This document shows positions 18,591 to 28,902 of a DNA stretch of 64,000 bases, piece by piece. The notes below the pieces were generated by a model. The model had not been told where the DNA came from and made no database searches. It worked only from the letters and a program-made list of their open reading frames with translations. The number at the start of each line of letters is the position of its first letter. The stretch's first letter is position 1. Source of the stretch: an uncultured Pseudomonadota bacterium. Its GTDB lineage: Bacteria; Myxococcota_A; UBA796; JAFGLY01. The stretch covers positions 1,592 to 65,591 of the forward strand of contig CALDOK010000076.1 in the NCBI GenBank assembly GCA_937912125.1. The letters are read 5' to 3'. A program made the translations under genes and the position numbers.

Positions 18591-19361
18591 ATGGCTCCCC
18601 CCCTCGCCCCCTCCGCCCTCCGCATCGTCCACACAGGCTGCGCCGGGCTGCGCCTCGAGCTCGGCACTGGCACGGTCGTCGCCATCGATCCGGCCACCGA
18701 CCCCGGCCCAGTGGACGCCGTCGTGATCACCTGGAACGAGCGCGAGCGCCTGCAAGGCGCCCTCGAGGCAGTGCGCGGGGGTCGCCGACCCCGGATCGCC
18801 GCCCGGCCGGAGATCCTGACCTGGCTGGCCCGCGAGGGAGCCCTCGAGGCCCTCGACCTCGCCACCCCACTGGGGGGCCTCGCGCTCGAAGCCCAGGCCT
18901 ACCAGCCCGTGCCCTACGCCACGCCGGCCGAGGGCCTGCGCAAGCTCCGCAGCGGGCTGCTCTCCCCAGCTCGGGCCGCCCAGCGCCTGGCCACCCGGGC
19001 CCGGCTGCCCCGCTGTCCACCTGTGGTGCTGCGGCTGGTCCTGCCCGACGGGCGCACCCTGGTCCACCTCAACTGCGCCTTGCACCGTGACACCCCCGAC
19101 CCCTGGCTCGCGGACCTCGCCGCACGCTGGGGGGGGGCCGACTGGCTGCTCACCAGCTGGGACTTCGACGAGGACCGAGCCTTCGAGCAGCGCGTGCCGG
19201 CCATGGACGCCCGCTGCGTCGTGATCACCGATCTGGTCAACGAGGTCCGAGACCAGCTGGACCTGCCCAGGGTGATTCGCACCCCCGTGGCCGACCGCCT
19301 CGTCGCAGCCGGCCAGCCGGTGCTGATCCTGGCAGCGCGCACCTCCCTGCGCTTCGCCTAG
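18591..19361 (+). CDS. Hypothetical protein, possible degenerate MBL-fold
   Basis: 18 nt downstream of rocD, same strand. IVHTGCAGLRLELGTGTVVAIDP...VDAVVITWNERE resembles a metallo-beta-lactamase fold without the HxHxDH motif. Confidence 0.45.
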   Translation: MAPPLAPSALRIVHTGCAGLRLELGTGTVVAIDPATDPGPVDAVVITWNERERLQGALEAVRGGRRPRIAARPEILTWLAREGALEALDLATPLGGLALEAQAYQPVPYATPAEGLRKLRSGLLSPARAAQRLATRARLPRCPPVVLRLVLPDGRTLVHLNCALHRDTPDPWLADLAARWGGADWLLTSWDFDEDRAFEQRVPAMDARCVVITDLVNEVRDQLDLPRVIRTPVADRLVAAGQPVLILAARTSLRFA

Positions 19362-19539
19362 GCGTCGAGAGCCCTCCCTCCGCCTGGGCCTTCGGGCCAT
19401 CGCACGCGCCGCGGCGTCGCGAGAAGGGGAGCGCCCGAGCAACAGGTCGCTGACGGCGCCTCGACCTCCCACACTCGTCCGTCGATCGCAGGTCCTGGTA
19501 TGTTCCAGCTGCCGATCGAGGCGGGACCCAGGAGCGGAC

Positions 19540-21303
19540 ATGGTGAGCACCAAAGCCCAGCAGCAGTGGGATATCCCCATCCACAGGCTCTCTCACTGGG
19601 CCGAACACACACCCGACGCACCTGCGCTGCACGAGCGCGACGACAGCGGCTGGCGGCCCACCAGCTGGGCCCAGTATGCCGAGCACGCCCGCGCCGTGGG
19701 CGCCGCCCTGGTGGCCTGGGGGCTGGAGCCCGGCCGCTGCGCCGTGATCCTGAGTGGGAACCGCGCCGAGTGGCTCTACCTGCAGTGGGGCATCATGATG
19801 GCCGGCGGTGTGGTGGCCCCCAGCTACACCTCCAACATCGCCGAGCAGGTCGCCTACCTGGTAGGACACTGCCAAGCTCCCATCGTCTTCGCCGACAGCC
19901 CCGCACAGCTGGCCAAGCTGGCTGAAGTCCGAGAACAGCTGCCCGAGCTCCGGCAGGTGGTGGCCCTGGACGACCCGGGCGACACCGAGGGCGCGATGTC
20001 CTGGGGATCTTTCCTGGCCCTGGCTGGACCACAACACCGGGCCGAGCTCGACGCCCGCATCGCCGCCATCAAGCCCCACGACGACGCCTTCATCATCTAC
20101 ACCTCGGGCACCACGGGCACCCCCAAGGCCGTGGTGATCTCCCACCACAACATGGCGGTGCAGGGCCGCGCGGTGGTGGCCCACTACCCCACTCATCGCA
20201 CCCGCAGCATCTGCTACCTGCCCCTGTGCCACATCGCGGAGCAAGGCGCGACCAACCTCACCCAGCTCGACACCGGGGGCGAGGTGTTCCTCTGTCCCGA
20301 GATGGCGCTGATGCCCAAGTACCTGCCCGAGGTGCGCCCCAACGTGCTCTTCGGTGTGCCACGGGTCTGGGAAAAGGTCCAGGCCGTGCTCGAGGGCAAG
20401 TTCGAGCAGGCCCCCCCGCTGAAGCGCAAGCTCATCTACTGGGCGCTTGGGGTGGAGCGCCGCGCCTTCGAGGCCGAGCTGGGCACCGGCCAGCCCCAGG
20501 GCGGCCCCTCGCGCTGGATCGCGCGCAAGCTGGTGGTCGACAAGGTCCGGGCGCAGCTGGGCCTGGACGGTGTGCTCCACACCCTCACCGGCGCAGCGCC
20601 CAGCAACCCGGACACCCTGCGCTTCTTCACCGGCTTGGGCTTCCATGTACACGAGGTGTACGGCCTATCGGAGACCACCGGCATCCTCACGGCCACCAAG
20701 CCGGGCGAGCGAGCCATGGGCACGGTGGGCAAGCCCCTGCAGGGCGTGGAGATCGCCATCGCCGGGGACGGCGAGATCCTGGCCCGCGGGGCCTGCCTCA
20801 GCCGCGGCTACCTGCACGACCCCGACGCCACGGCCGAGCTGATCCACAGCGACTGGCTTCACACCGGCGACACCGGCGCCTGGGACGAGCGGGGAAACCT
20901 CAGGATCGTCGGACGCATCAAGGACATCATCGTCACCGCGGGGGCCAAGAACGTCGCACCCCTGCCTATCGAGGCCAAGCTCAAGGCCATCCAGGGCATC
21001 AGCCAGGCCGTCGTGGTGGGCGATCGGCGTCCTTACCTGGTCGCCCTGCTCACCCTCGATCCAGAGCACGCGGGGGCCTCGGTCGACGACGGTGCTTTCC
21101 GCGATCGAGTCCAAGCCAGCGTCGAGGCCATGAACGCCGACCTCGCCAGCTACGAGTCCATCAAGCGCTTCGAGCTGCTCGGTCGAGAGTTCAGCATCGA
21201 GGGCGGCGAGCTCACCCCCACCATGAAGATCAAGCGGCAGGTGGTCTACGAGAAGTACGCCGATGTCGTCGAGTCCATCTACGACAGGCCCCGGGACGCC
21301 TGA
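19540..21303 (+). CDS. Long-chain fatty-acid--CoA ligase (AMP-binding enzyme family)
   Basis: IYTSGTTGTPKAVVISHHNM (AMP-binding motif I), TGDTGAWDERGNLRIVGRIKDII (motif II/III region), and the C-terminal MKIKRQVV lysine motif. Confidence 0.88.
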   Translation: MVSTKAQQQWDIPIHRLSHWAEHTPDAPALHERDDSGWRPTSWAQYAEHARAVGAALVAWGLEPGRCAVILSGNRAEWLYLQWGIMMAGGVVAPSYTSNIAEQVAYLVGHCQAPIVFADSPAQLAKLAEVREQLPELRQVVALDDPGDTEGAMSWGSFLALAGPQHRAELDARIAAIKPHDDAFIIYTSGTTGTPKAVVISHHNMAVQGRAVVAHYPTHRTRSICYLPLCHIAEQGATNLTQLDTGGEVFLCPEMALMPKYLPEVRPNVLFGVPRVWEKVQAVLEGKFEQAPPLKRKLIYWALGVERRAFEAELGTGQPQGGPSRWIARKLVVDKVRAQLGLDGVLHTLTGAAPSNPDTLRFFTGLGFHVHEVYGLSETTGILTATKPGERAMGTVGKPLQGVEIAIAGDGEILARGACLSRGYLHDPDATAELIHSDWLHTGDTGAWDERGNLRIVGRIKDIIVTAGAKNVAPLPIEAKLKAIQGISQAVVVGDRRPYLVALLTLDPEHAGASVDDGAFRDRVQASVEAMNADLASYESIKRFELLGREFSIEGGELTPTMKIKRQVVYEKYADVVESIYDRPRDA

Positions 21304-22350
21304 CTACAGGCCCACGTAGATCTTGGTGATCAGCTGGTCTTCCGGGGTGGTGGCCGGGTCGGAGACGTAGGCCTCCCACACCACACCGCTGCCCTCGCGC
21401 TTGTTCAGCGTGAGCCAGGCGTCGATGGCCGCGTAGGTGACAGGGAGGCTGGCGTAGGACCCGGTGTGGGTGACCTTCAGGACCTCGCCGCCCGGGCTCG
21501 TGCCGAACTGGACGGGTCCATCGATGGCGTCCTTGGGGGCGGGGCCGCTGATGGGCACACCCGCCCGGAACAGCCAGCTGTCGGCGTCGCGGGACAGGGT
21601 CACCGCGATGGGGGCGCCGGAGGGCTGCAGCTCGGCGCCCTGCATGAAGGCCTGGATCTGCCCGTAGGCGGCTCCGAGGGCCTGGGCCATGGCCTGATCG
21701 CTGTTGGCGCTGCGGGACTCCGTGGCCACGATGGTCTTGGCCTCCACCGTGGTCTGCTCGAGCTCGAGAGCGCCGATGTCTGCGACGGGCAGGCCCTCGG
21801 CCAGGGCCTTCAGCTGGGCCAGCCCCTTCTCGTAGTCAGGGCCGATCAAGCCATCGAGCAGCAGCCCGAAGATGCGGGCCACGGGGTTCATGCCGTGCTC
21901 GCTGACCAGGTTCCAGGTGGCGGTCACCCCGCCATCGGTGGGCGTGAGGGTCCAGGTGGCCATGGCCTTGCCCTGCTGCCCGAAGTCGATGGCGTGGGCC
22001 AGGGAGCTGCAGGGCTGGGCCACGGTGATCTCCATGTTGCCCGAGCCCACATTGGGGTCTTCGCTGGCCCAGATCATGCGGGAGCCGACGCCCACGCTGG
22101 GCCCTTCGTAGCTGTAGGTGGTGGCCGGATCGATGCCTGCCCAGGGGGAGAAGTCGTTCCACCACCCGTAGCCATCCAGCAGGACGTAGACGTTGCATGC
22201 CGGCGACCGGATGTCGGCGCTGCGCTCCACGGTGGTGGTGGCGGGGAGCAGGAAGGCGCCCCCGATGACGAGCACGATGACGACCAGCAGGGCGATGCCC
22301 AGACGCTTGAGGTAGGCCACGGGATTCTCCAGGTTCCAGGGTAATCCCAT
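21304..22350 (-). CDS. Membrane-anchored hypothetical protein (possible SRPBCC/GyrI-like ligand-binding fold)
   Basis: Internal M (aa 91 of the track ORF) gives MGLPWNLENPVAYLKRLGIALLVVIVLVIGGAFLLP (signal anchor). The fold assignment for the rest is weak. Stop abuts the stop of the convergent acyl-CoA ligase. Confidence 0.45.
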   Translation of the reverse strand: MGLPWNLENPVAYLKRLGIALLVVIVLVIGGAFLLPATTTVERSADIRSPACNVYVLLDGYGWWNDFSPWAGIDPATTYSYEGPSVGVGSRMIWASEDPNVGSGNMEITVAQPCSSLAHAIDFGQQGKAMATWTLTPTDGGVTATWNLVSEHGMNPVARIFGLLLDGLIGPDYEKGLAQLKALAEGLPVADIGALELEQTTVEAKTIVATESRSANSDQAMAQALGAAYGQIQAFMQGAELQPSGAPIAVTLSRDADSWLFRAGVPISGPAPKDAIDGPVQFGTSPGGEVLKVTHTGSYASLPVTYAAIDAWLTLNKREGSGVVWEAYVSDPATTPEDQLITKIYVGL

Positions 22351-22489
22351 CCTTTCACACCCACCCGCGCAGGCCAAGTGCGCGGCAGCTGTTCTGTCAT
22401 GCCCGTGACAGGGCCGACGACCGACGCCGAACTCATTAGAGGGCCGCTCCGGCGGAGCCCCCCTCCGCACGCACCCGTCTGGAGGAGCG

Positions 22490-24016
22490 ATGATCACCCT
22501 GCGTGAGAACGAGTATCGCCTGCTGCAGGCCCTGGCCCAGGCCCCCGGCCCGGTCCAGGTGGCCCAGCTCGCGGCAGCGCTCGGGCTCGACCAGAGCCTG
22601 GTGCTGGCCGCCGCCGCCACCCTCGAGGAGCGCGACCTGCTGGTCCGCGACGAGCAGAGCTACACCGAGTACCGCATCGACGCCATGGGCCAGGGCTTCG
22701 CCGACCATGGACTGCCAGAGCGCCAGGTCGTGCAGGGCTTGCGTGCCGCGGGCGGCTCCTCGACCATCCCCGAGTTGCCCCAACACTGCGGCCTGAACCC
22801 GGGCGAGATCGGGCAGTGCCTGCGCTTCCTGGTGGCCAAGGGCTGGGCGCTGCGCCAGGGCAAGGACCTCACCCTCACCCCGGCGGGTCAGGCCCTGTCG
22901 GACGAGCCCGGCCCCGACGAGGCGCTGCTCGCCGCGCTGGCTCAGCGGGAGCAGGCCACCGACGCCGAGCTCCGTGCTGCCGGCGTGGACCTCGACGCCG
23001 CCGAAGCGCTGCTCCAGGGGCGCAAGGGTGCCTACAGGTCCAAGGCCCGCAGCCTGCGCTTCCTCGAGGCCACGGCCGCCGGTCGCCAGGCCGCCCCCAC
23101 AGCCCAGCTCCGCCGGCAGGTCAACATGCTCACCGGCGAGATGTTGGCCGACGGCTCCTGGCGCGACGTGGACTTCCGCCCCTACGACATGAGCGCAGGC
23201 ACCGAGCCCGCCTTCCCGGGCAAGATCCACCCCTTCCGCCGCGTGCTCGAGCAGACCCGCCGGGTGTTCCTGGAGATGGGCTTCGAGGAGATCGTCAGCC
23301 CCTTCGTCGAGTCGGGCTTCTGGGACTTCGACGCCCTGTTCCAGCCCCAGGATCACCCCGCCCGCGAGATGCAGGACACCTTCTACGTCTCCCGGCCCGC
23401 CAGCTGCGAGCTGCCGCCCACTGAGCTGGTCGAGGCCGTGCGCAACACCCACCAGGACGGCGGCGACACCGGCGGCCTGGGCTGGGGCTACACCTGGGAC
23501 GAGTCTCTGGCCCGCAAGCCGGTGCTGCGCACCCACACCACCGCCGCCACCGTGCGGGCCCTGGCCGAGAACCCCAACCCACCCCGCAAGGTCTTCTGCG
23601 TGGGCAAGGTCTTCCGCCGCGAGACCGTGGACTACAAGCACCTGCCGGTCTTCTACCAGGTCGATGGCATCATCATCGACAAGCACGCCAGCTTCGCGTC
23701 ACTGCTGGGCACCCTCGAGGCCTTCTACCGCAAGATGGGCTTCGACAAGTTCGAGTTCCGGCCCGCGTTCTTCCCCTACACCGAGCCCTCGGTGGAGATC
23801 TTCGTCTGGTTCGAGTCCAAGCAGGACTGGGTCGAGATGGGCGGCGCCGGCGTGTTCCGCCCGGAGGTCACCAAGCCCCTGGGCTGTGACGTGCCCGTGC
23901 TGGCGTGGGGTCTGGGCCTCGAGCGCCTGGCCATGTTCCGCCACCAGCTCACCGACATCCGTCAGATCTACGTCGCCGACCTGCAGTGGCTGAAGGAGGC
24001 CGAGCTATGCCGGTAA
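22490..24016 (+). CDS. pheS: Phenylalanine--tRNA ligase alpha subunit, archaeal/eukaryotic type
   Basis: 508 aa with long N-terminal winged-helix-like region, then FRRVLEQTRRVFLEMGFEE...FQPQDHPAREMQDTFY...FRPAFFPYTEPSVEIFVW...GAGVFRPEV, the class II motifs of the long-form PheS. Confidence 0.85.
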   Translation: MITLRENEYRLLQALAQAPGPVQVAQLAAALGLDQSLVLAAAATLEERDLLVRDEQSYTEYRIDAMGQGFADHGLPERQVVQGLRAAGGSSTIPELPQHCGLNPGEIGQCLRFLVAKGWALRQGKDLTLTPAGQALSDEPGPDEALLAALAQREQATDAELRAAGVDLDAAEALLQGRKGAYRSKARSLRFLEATAAGRQAAPTAQLRRQVNMLTGEMLADGSWRDVDFRPYDMSAGTEPAFPGKIHPFRRVLEQTRRVFLEMGFEEIVSPFVESGFWDFDALFQPQDHPAREMQDTFYVSRPASCELPPTELVEAVRNTHQDGGDTGGLGWGYTWDESLARKPVLRTHTTAATVRALAENPNPPRKVFCVGKVFRRETVDYKHLPVFYQVDGIIIDKHASFASLLGTLEAFYRKMGFDKFEFRPAFFPYTEPSVEIFVWFESKQDWVEMGGAGVFRPEVTKPLGCDVPVLAWGLGLERLAMFRHQLTDIRQIYVADLQWLKEAELCR

Positions 24017-25848
24017 TCGGAATCCCCGTCAAGCTCCTCACCGAGCGCCTCGAGGGCGATCTCACCCCCGACGAGCTGGTCCAGCACCTGCAGCACATCG
24101 GCTGCGACGTCGAGGGCTTCGCCACCCTGCGCCGCATCAAGTGTACCCGCTGCGGGAACATCGTAGAGATCACCGCCACCATGGACCCCCCAGTGCTCTG
24201 CAAGCGCTGCGGTATCGACTACGTCCAGCACCCCGAGCTGCGGGTGGACCTTGGCGAGAACCACGTGATCCGCATGGAGCTGCTGGCGGTCCGCCCCGAC
24301 ATGTTCGACCCGGGCGGCCTGGCCCGCACCCTGCGGGGCTACCTGGAGCAGACCACCGGCAGCCCCGAGTACGACCTGGGCGCGCCCCTGGCCCATGTGT
24401 GGGTCGACCCGGCCATGGCCACCACGGCCTGCCCCCGGCCCGCCATCGCATGCGCCGTGGCCACCAACGTGGTGCTCGACGACGACTTCATCAAGGAGTT
24501 GATGAACCTGCAGGAGAACCTGCACTGGGCCCTGGGCCGCGACCGCAAGCACGCCAGCATCGGTGTCTACGATCTCGCTGCCACCAACGGCAAGGCCTTC
24601 CGCTATCGACCCGTCGGTCGGGACGAGCTGCGCTTCGTGCCCCTGGGCTACGACCCCCAGGACCCGGCCGCGGCCATCACCCCCCAGCAGGTGCTCGAGG
24701 AGCACCCCAAGGGCGTGGAGTTCGCCCGGCTGCTGGCAGGCTTCGAGGCCTACCCCCTGCTCGAAGACAGCGACGGCGTCGTGCTGTCCATGCCCCCCAT
24801 CATCAACTCCGAGCAGACCCGGGTCACCGACGCCACCACCAGCTTCTTCATCGACGTCACCGGCACCAACCGCCGCATCGTCTCCCGCTGCCTCAACGTG
24901 CTGGTCACCTCGCTCATGGAGCTGCAGCCCGGCATCAACCTGCACCAGGTGGGCATCCAGTACGGCGACGAGGTCCTGCACACCCCGGACTTCGCGCCCC
25001 AGGTCATGGAGCTGTCCGTCCCGGCCACCGCCGGCTGGACCGGCATCCCCATGGACGCCGTCGAGCTGGTGGAGCTGCTCAACCGCATGGGCCACGACGT
25101 GGAGATCCTCGATCCCGACACCGTCCGGGTCTCCGCTCCGGCTTACCGCAACGACCTGATGAACCCCGTCGATCTCATGGAAGACGCGGCCATCGCGTTT
25201 GGCTACCACAACATCGTGCCCACCCTGGTGCCCACCATGACCGTGGGCGGCGAGCGCCCCATCGAGGGCGTCTCTGGCACCGTGCGCTCCTGCATCACCG
25301 GCCTGGGCTGGGCCGAGGTGATGACCCTGGTGCTCACCAGCGAGGCCAAGTGCTTCGAGGCCCTGCGCCGGCCGCCGCACCAGGCCTACGTGTCTCTGGC
25401 CCACCCCATCAGCCGCGACCAGACCATGCTGCGCACCAGCCTGGCGCCGGGCCTGCTCGAGACGCTGACGGTCAACGGCCACAACAAGTACCCCCAGCGG
25501 GTCTTCGAGGTCGGCGAGACCACCGAGCTCACCGACACCCAGACCGGAGCCTCCGAGCGTCGGGCCGTGGGTGGCGTGGTCATCGGCGAGCGCATCGGTG
25601 CCACCGAGGTGCGCGCCGTGGCCGAGGCCACCCTGCGCGAGCTGGGCTGGGGCATCCGCACCCAAGGCGCCGAGCTTCCCAGCTACCTGCCCGGCCGCGG
25701 GGCCATCATCTTCGCGGTCAAGGACGGCCTGGAGATCCAGGTGGGTGAGCTGGGCGAGCTGCACCCCGCCGTGCTCGAGGCCTTCGAGCTCAAGCACCCC
25801 GCCGCCATGTTCGAGATCGACCTGACCACGCTCACAGGGCTGCGCTGA
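24007..25848 (+). CDS. pheT: Phenylalanine--tRNA ligase beta subunit, archaeal/eukaryotic type
   Basis: Internal M (aa 35 of the track ORF) gives MPVIGIPVKLLTERLEGDLTPDELVQHLQHIGCDVEGF (B1 domain), overlapping the pheS stop by 10 nt. Contains an inserted CTRCGN...CKRCG zinc ribbon. ~613 aa, as in archaeal PheT. Confidence 0.8.
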   Translation: MPVIGIPVKLLTERLEGDLTPDELVQHLQHIGCDVEGFATLRRIKCTRCGNIVEITATMDPPVLCKRCGIDYVQHPELRVDLGENHVIRMELLAVRPDMFDPGGLARTLRGYLEQTTGSPEYDLGAPLAHVWVDPAMATTACPRPAIACAVATNVVLDDDFIKELMNLQENLHWALGRDRKHASIGVYDLAATNGKAFRYRPVGRDELRFVPLGYDPQDPAAAITPQQVLEEHPKGVEFARLLAGFEAYPLLEDSDGVVLSMPPIINSEQTRVTDATTSFFIDVTGTNRRIVSRCLNVLVTSLMELQPGINLHQVGIQYGDEVLHTPDFAPQVMELSVPATAGWTGIPMDAVELVELLNRMGHDVEILDPDTVRVSAPAYRNDLMNPVDLMEDAAIAFGYHNIVPTLVPTMTVGGERPIEGVSGTVRSCITGLGWAEVMTLVLTSEAKCFEALRRPPHQAYVSLAHPISRDQTMLRTSLAPGLLETLTVNGHNKYPQRVFEVGETTELTDTQTGASERRAVGGVVIGERIGATEVRAVAEATLRELGWGIRTQGAELPSYLPGRGAIIFAVKDGLEIQVGELGELHPAVLEAFELKHPAAMFEIDLTTLTGLR

Positions 25849-25959
25849 CCCTCGCGCACCGCTGTGGCTGGTGGTCGATGAACGCCCTGCCGCGGCGCGG
25901 AAGGGAGCATGCTGGCTCGTTCTGCTGCTACGATGTCGCTGCCCCCAGCCGAGGCCGCC

Positions 25960-28902
25960 ATGCGCAGCACGTTCCTCCTCTTCATCCTGCTGCTCTCCGC
26001 CTGTCGCAGCGACCCAGACAAGTCTGACACCGGCGCCCTCGACGATGCCTGCGACTGGTACGCCGACGGCGACGGCGACGGCTACGGCGACCCCGAGGTC
26101 ATGGCCAAGGGCCCGTGCGTCGACACCCAGGACGGCTGGGCTGGCAACGCCGAGGACTGCGACGACGACGACGCGGCCATCCATCCCGCCGCCACCGAGG
26201 CCTGCAACGGCTACGACGACGACTGCGACGGCAGCGTGGATGAAGGGCTGCTCACCACCTGGTACGCCGATCTCGACGGGGACGGACACGGCGATCCCGA
26301 CAGCGCGGTCGAGGCCTGCGAGCAGCCACCGGACCATGTCGAGAGCAGCGACGACTGCGACGATGGCGACCCGGACATCCATCCAGGCGCCCCGGAGCGC
26401 TGCGACGGCGTGGATGAGGACTGCGACGGCCTGGTGGACGAAGACCTGCAGACCCGCTGGTACCTGGACAGCGACGGGGATGGCTACGGCGACGCCGAGA
26501 TCGCCATCGACTCCTGCGACCCGGGCGAAGGCTGGGTGGTCGACGCCACGGACTGCGACGACGGCGCCGAGAGCATCCATCCCGAAGCGGACGAGATCTG
26601 CAACGACCTCGACGACGACTGCGACGGCCTGGTGGACGAGGATCTCGAGTCCACCTGGTACGCCGACGACGACGGCGACGGCTACGGCGACCCGGAAACC
26701 GCGGTGGCGGACTGCGCCCCCGGCGCTGGCTGGGTGCAGCCCGCTGCCGGCGAGGACTGCGACGACGCCAACTCGGCCATCAACCCCGCCGCCACCGAAG
26801 CCTGCAACGGCTACGACGACGACTGCGACGGCCTGGTTGACGATCAGGACCCGGGTGTGGCCGACAGCGCCACCTGGTACCTCGATGCCGACGGCGACGG
26901 CTACGGTGACGATGCCGCCAGCCAGCAGGCCTGCGAGCAGCCATCGGGCACCAGCGCCCTGAGCGGCGACTGCGACGACGACGACCCCGCCTACAACCCT
27001 GGCGCCACCGAGGCCGACTGCACGGATCCCAGCGACTACAACTGCGACGGATCGGTGGGCTGGGCCGACGACGATGGAGACGGCTGGGCGGCCTGCGAAG
27101 ACTGCGACGACCGCGACGCGGCGGTCAACCCGGCGGGCGTAGAGCTGTGCAACGGCGTGGACGACGACTGCGACGGATCGGTGGACGAGGACGACGCCAC
27201 CGATGCCGCCACCTGGTACGCCGACGCCGACGGTGACGGCTATGGCGACGCCGACAGCACCACCCTGGCCTGCGCAGCCCCGTCGGGCACCGTGGCCGAC
27301 GCCACCGACTGCGACGACGGCGACGCCGGCGTCAACCCCGCGGCGGCCGAGGCCTGCAACGGCGTCGACGACGACTGCGACGGATCGGTGGACGAGGGCG
27401 TGCTCTCCATCTGGTATGCGGACAGCGACGCCGACGGATACGGCGACGCTGGCGACAGCACCGAGGCCTGCTCTCAGCCCTCGGGCTCCGTCGCCGACGA
27501 CAGCGACTGCGACGATGACGACGGGACGATCAACCCCGCCGCCACCGAGACCTGCGACGGCGCCGACAACGACTGCGACGGTACCGTGGACGAGGCGGAC
27601 GCCAGCGACGCCGCCACCTGGTACCAGGATCACGACGCCGACGGCTTCGGCGATGCCAGCGCCGGCACCATCGCCTGCGACCAACCCTCCGGCGCCGTGG
27701 CGGATGACACGGACTGCGACGACGGCGAAGGCCAGGTCAACCCGGCCGCGGACGAGCTGTGCAACGGCATCGACGACGACTGCGACGGCACCATCGACAC
27801 GGGCGCGGTGGACGAGGCCTCGTGGTACGCCGACACAGACGCCGATGGCTACGGTGACCCCGGCAGCAGCACAGCTGCCTGCACCCAGCCCTCGGGCTCC
27901 GTCGCCGACGACAGCGACTGCGACGACACGGACGCGTCCATCAACCCCGCCGCCACCGAGACCTGCGACGGCGCCGACAACGACTGCGACGGCCACACCG
28001 ACGAGGACGACGCCGCGGACGCGACAGCCTGGTACGCGGACGCCGACAGCGACGGCTTCGGCGACGCCGGCGACAGCGTGACCGCCTGCGCCGCTCCCTC
28101 CAGCTATGTGGGAGACAGCACGGACTGCGACGACGCCGACGGGTCCATCAATCCCGCCGCCACCGAGACCTGCGACGGCGTGGACCAGGACTGCAGCGGC
28201 GCGCTGTCGTGGCTCGAGCAGGACGCTGACGGTGACGGGTACCTGGCCTGCGAGCTGTCCCTGTGGCTGCGCAGCGACGGCTCGATCAACAACGACCCCG
28301 CGACCAGCGGCACCTACGGCTCCAGCGAGGCCGCCGCGCTGCTGGCGGTCGAGGGCATGGACTTCGACACGGCCGACACCGCCGCCACCACGCTCACCGC
28401 CGCCCTGCTGGACAAGTACGGCCTGCTGGTGCTGCACGGCACCGCGGCCTACGGCACGCTGGACGCCAGCGAGAGCGCCGCCCTCGAGGACTGGGTGCGC
28501 GACGGCGGCAGCCTGCTCTACCTGGCCTACCACCCCAGCTCCTACACCTGCGCCATGGTCAACAGCCTGCCTTCCGCCTTCGGGCTCGGCTGCAGCGACT
28601 ACGCGAGCTACTGGAGCGGCTCGGCCACCAGCATCGTCTCCCACGCCGTCACAGCCGACATCTCCACCATCGAGGGCATGGGCGGCGAGCACTGGACCGT
28701 GGCCAGCCCCGCCCAGACCGTCGTGGACCAGGCCGGCTGGCCGGTCGTGGTCGTGCTCGAGCTCGAGGATGGCCGCGTGGTGGGCCTGGCGGACGAGTGG
28801 CCCCTGTACGACAGCGGCACGGGCAGCGCCGACATCAGCCAGGGCGACAACTGGATCCTGCTGGAGAACACCTGGGCCTGGTTGGCTGACTTCGCCCTGT
28901 GA
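25960..28902 (+). CDS. Giant lipoprotein with ~14 tandem Cys-rich Asp-rich repeats (MopE-like metal-binding motif) and a C-terminal alpha/beta domain
   Basis: Internal M gives MRSTFLLFILLLSACRSD (lipobox). Repeat unit WYADxDGDGYGDxxxxxxACxxPxGxVxDxxDCDDxDxxxNPxAxExCNGxDDDCDGxVDE, about 14 copies. The C-terminal ~230 aa are non-repetitive. Confidence 0.8.
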   Translation: MRSTFLLFILLLSACRSDPDKSDTGALDDACDWYADGDGDGYGDPEVMAKGPCVDTQDGWAGNAEDCDDDDAAIHPAATEACNGYDDDCDGSVDEGLLTTWYADLDGDGHGDPDSAVEACEQPPDHVESSDDCDDGDPDIHPGAPERCDGVDEDCDGLVDEDLQTRWYLDSDGDGYGDAEIAIDSCDPGEGWVVDATDCDDGAESIHPEADEICNDLDDDCDGLVDEDLESTWYADDDGDGYGDPETAVADCAPGAGWVQPAAGEDCDDANSAINPAATEACNGYDDDCDGLVDDQDPGVADSATWYLDADGDGYGDDAASQQACEQPSGTSALSGDCDDDDPAYNPGATEADCTDPSDYNCDGSVGWADDDGDGWAACEDCDDRDAAVNPAGVELCNGVDDDCDGSVDEDDATDAATWYADADGDGYGDADSTTLACAAPSGTVADATDCDDGDAGVNPAAAEACNGVDDDCDGSVDEGVLSIWYADSDADGYGDAGDSTEACSQPSGSVADDSDCDDDDGTINPAATETCDGADNDCDGTVDEADASDAATWYQDHDADGFGDASAGTIACDQPSGAVADDTDCDDGEGQVNPAADELCNGIDDDCDGTIDTGAVDEASWYADTDADGYGDPGSSTAACTQPSGSVADDSDCDDTDASINPAATETCDGADNDCDGHTDEDDAADATAWYADADSDGFGDAGDSVTACAAPSSYVGDSTDCDDADGSINPAATETCDGVDQDCSGALSWLEQDADGDGYLACELSLWLRSDGSINNDPATSGTYGSSEAAALLAVEGMDFDTADTAATTLTAALLDKYGLLVLHGTAAYGTLDASESAALEDWVRDGGSLLYLAYHPSSYTCAMVNSLPSAFGLGCSDYASYWSGSATSIVSHAVTADISTIEGMGGEHWTVASPAQTVVDQAGWPVVVVLELEDGRVVGLADEWPLYDSGTGSADISQGDNWILLENTWAWLADFAL

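Noticed and set aside
19237-20652. 471-aa minus-strand ORF
   Set aside because: It is antisense to the acyl-CoA ligase gene, which has AMP-binding motifs.
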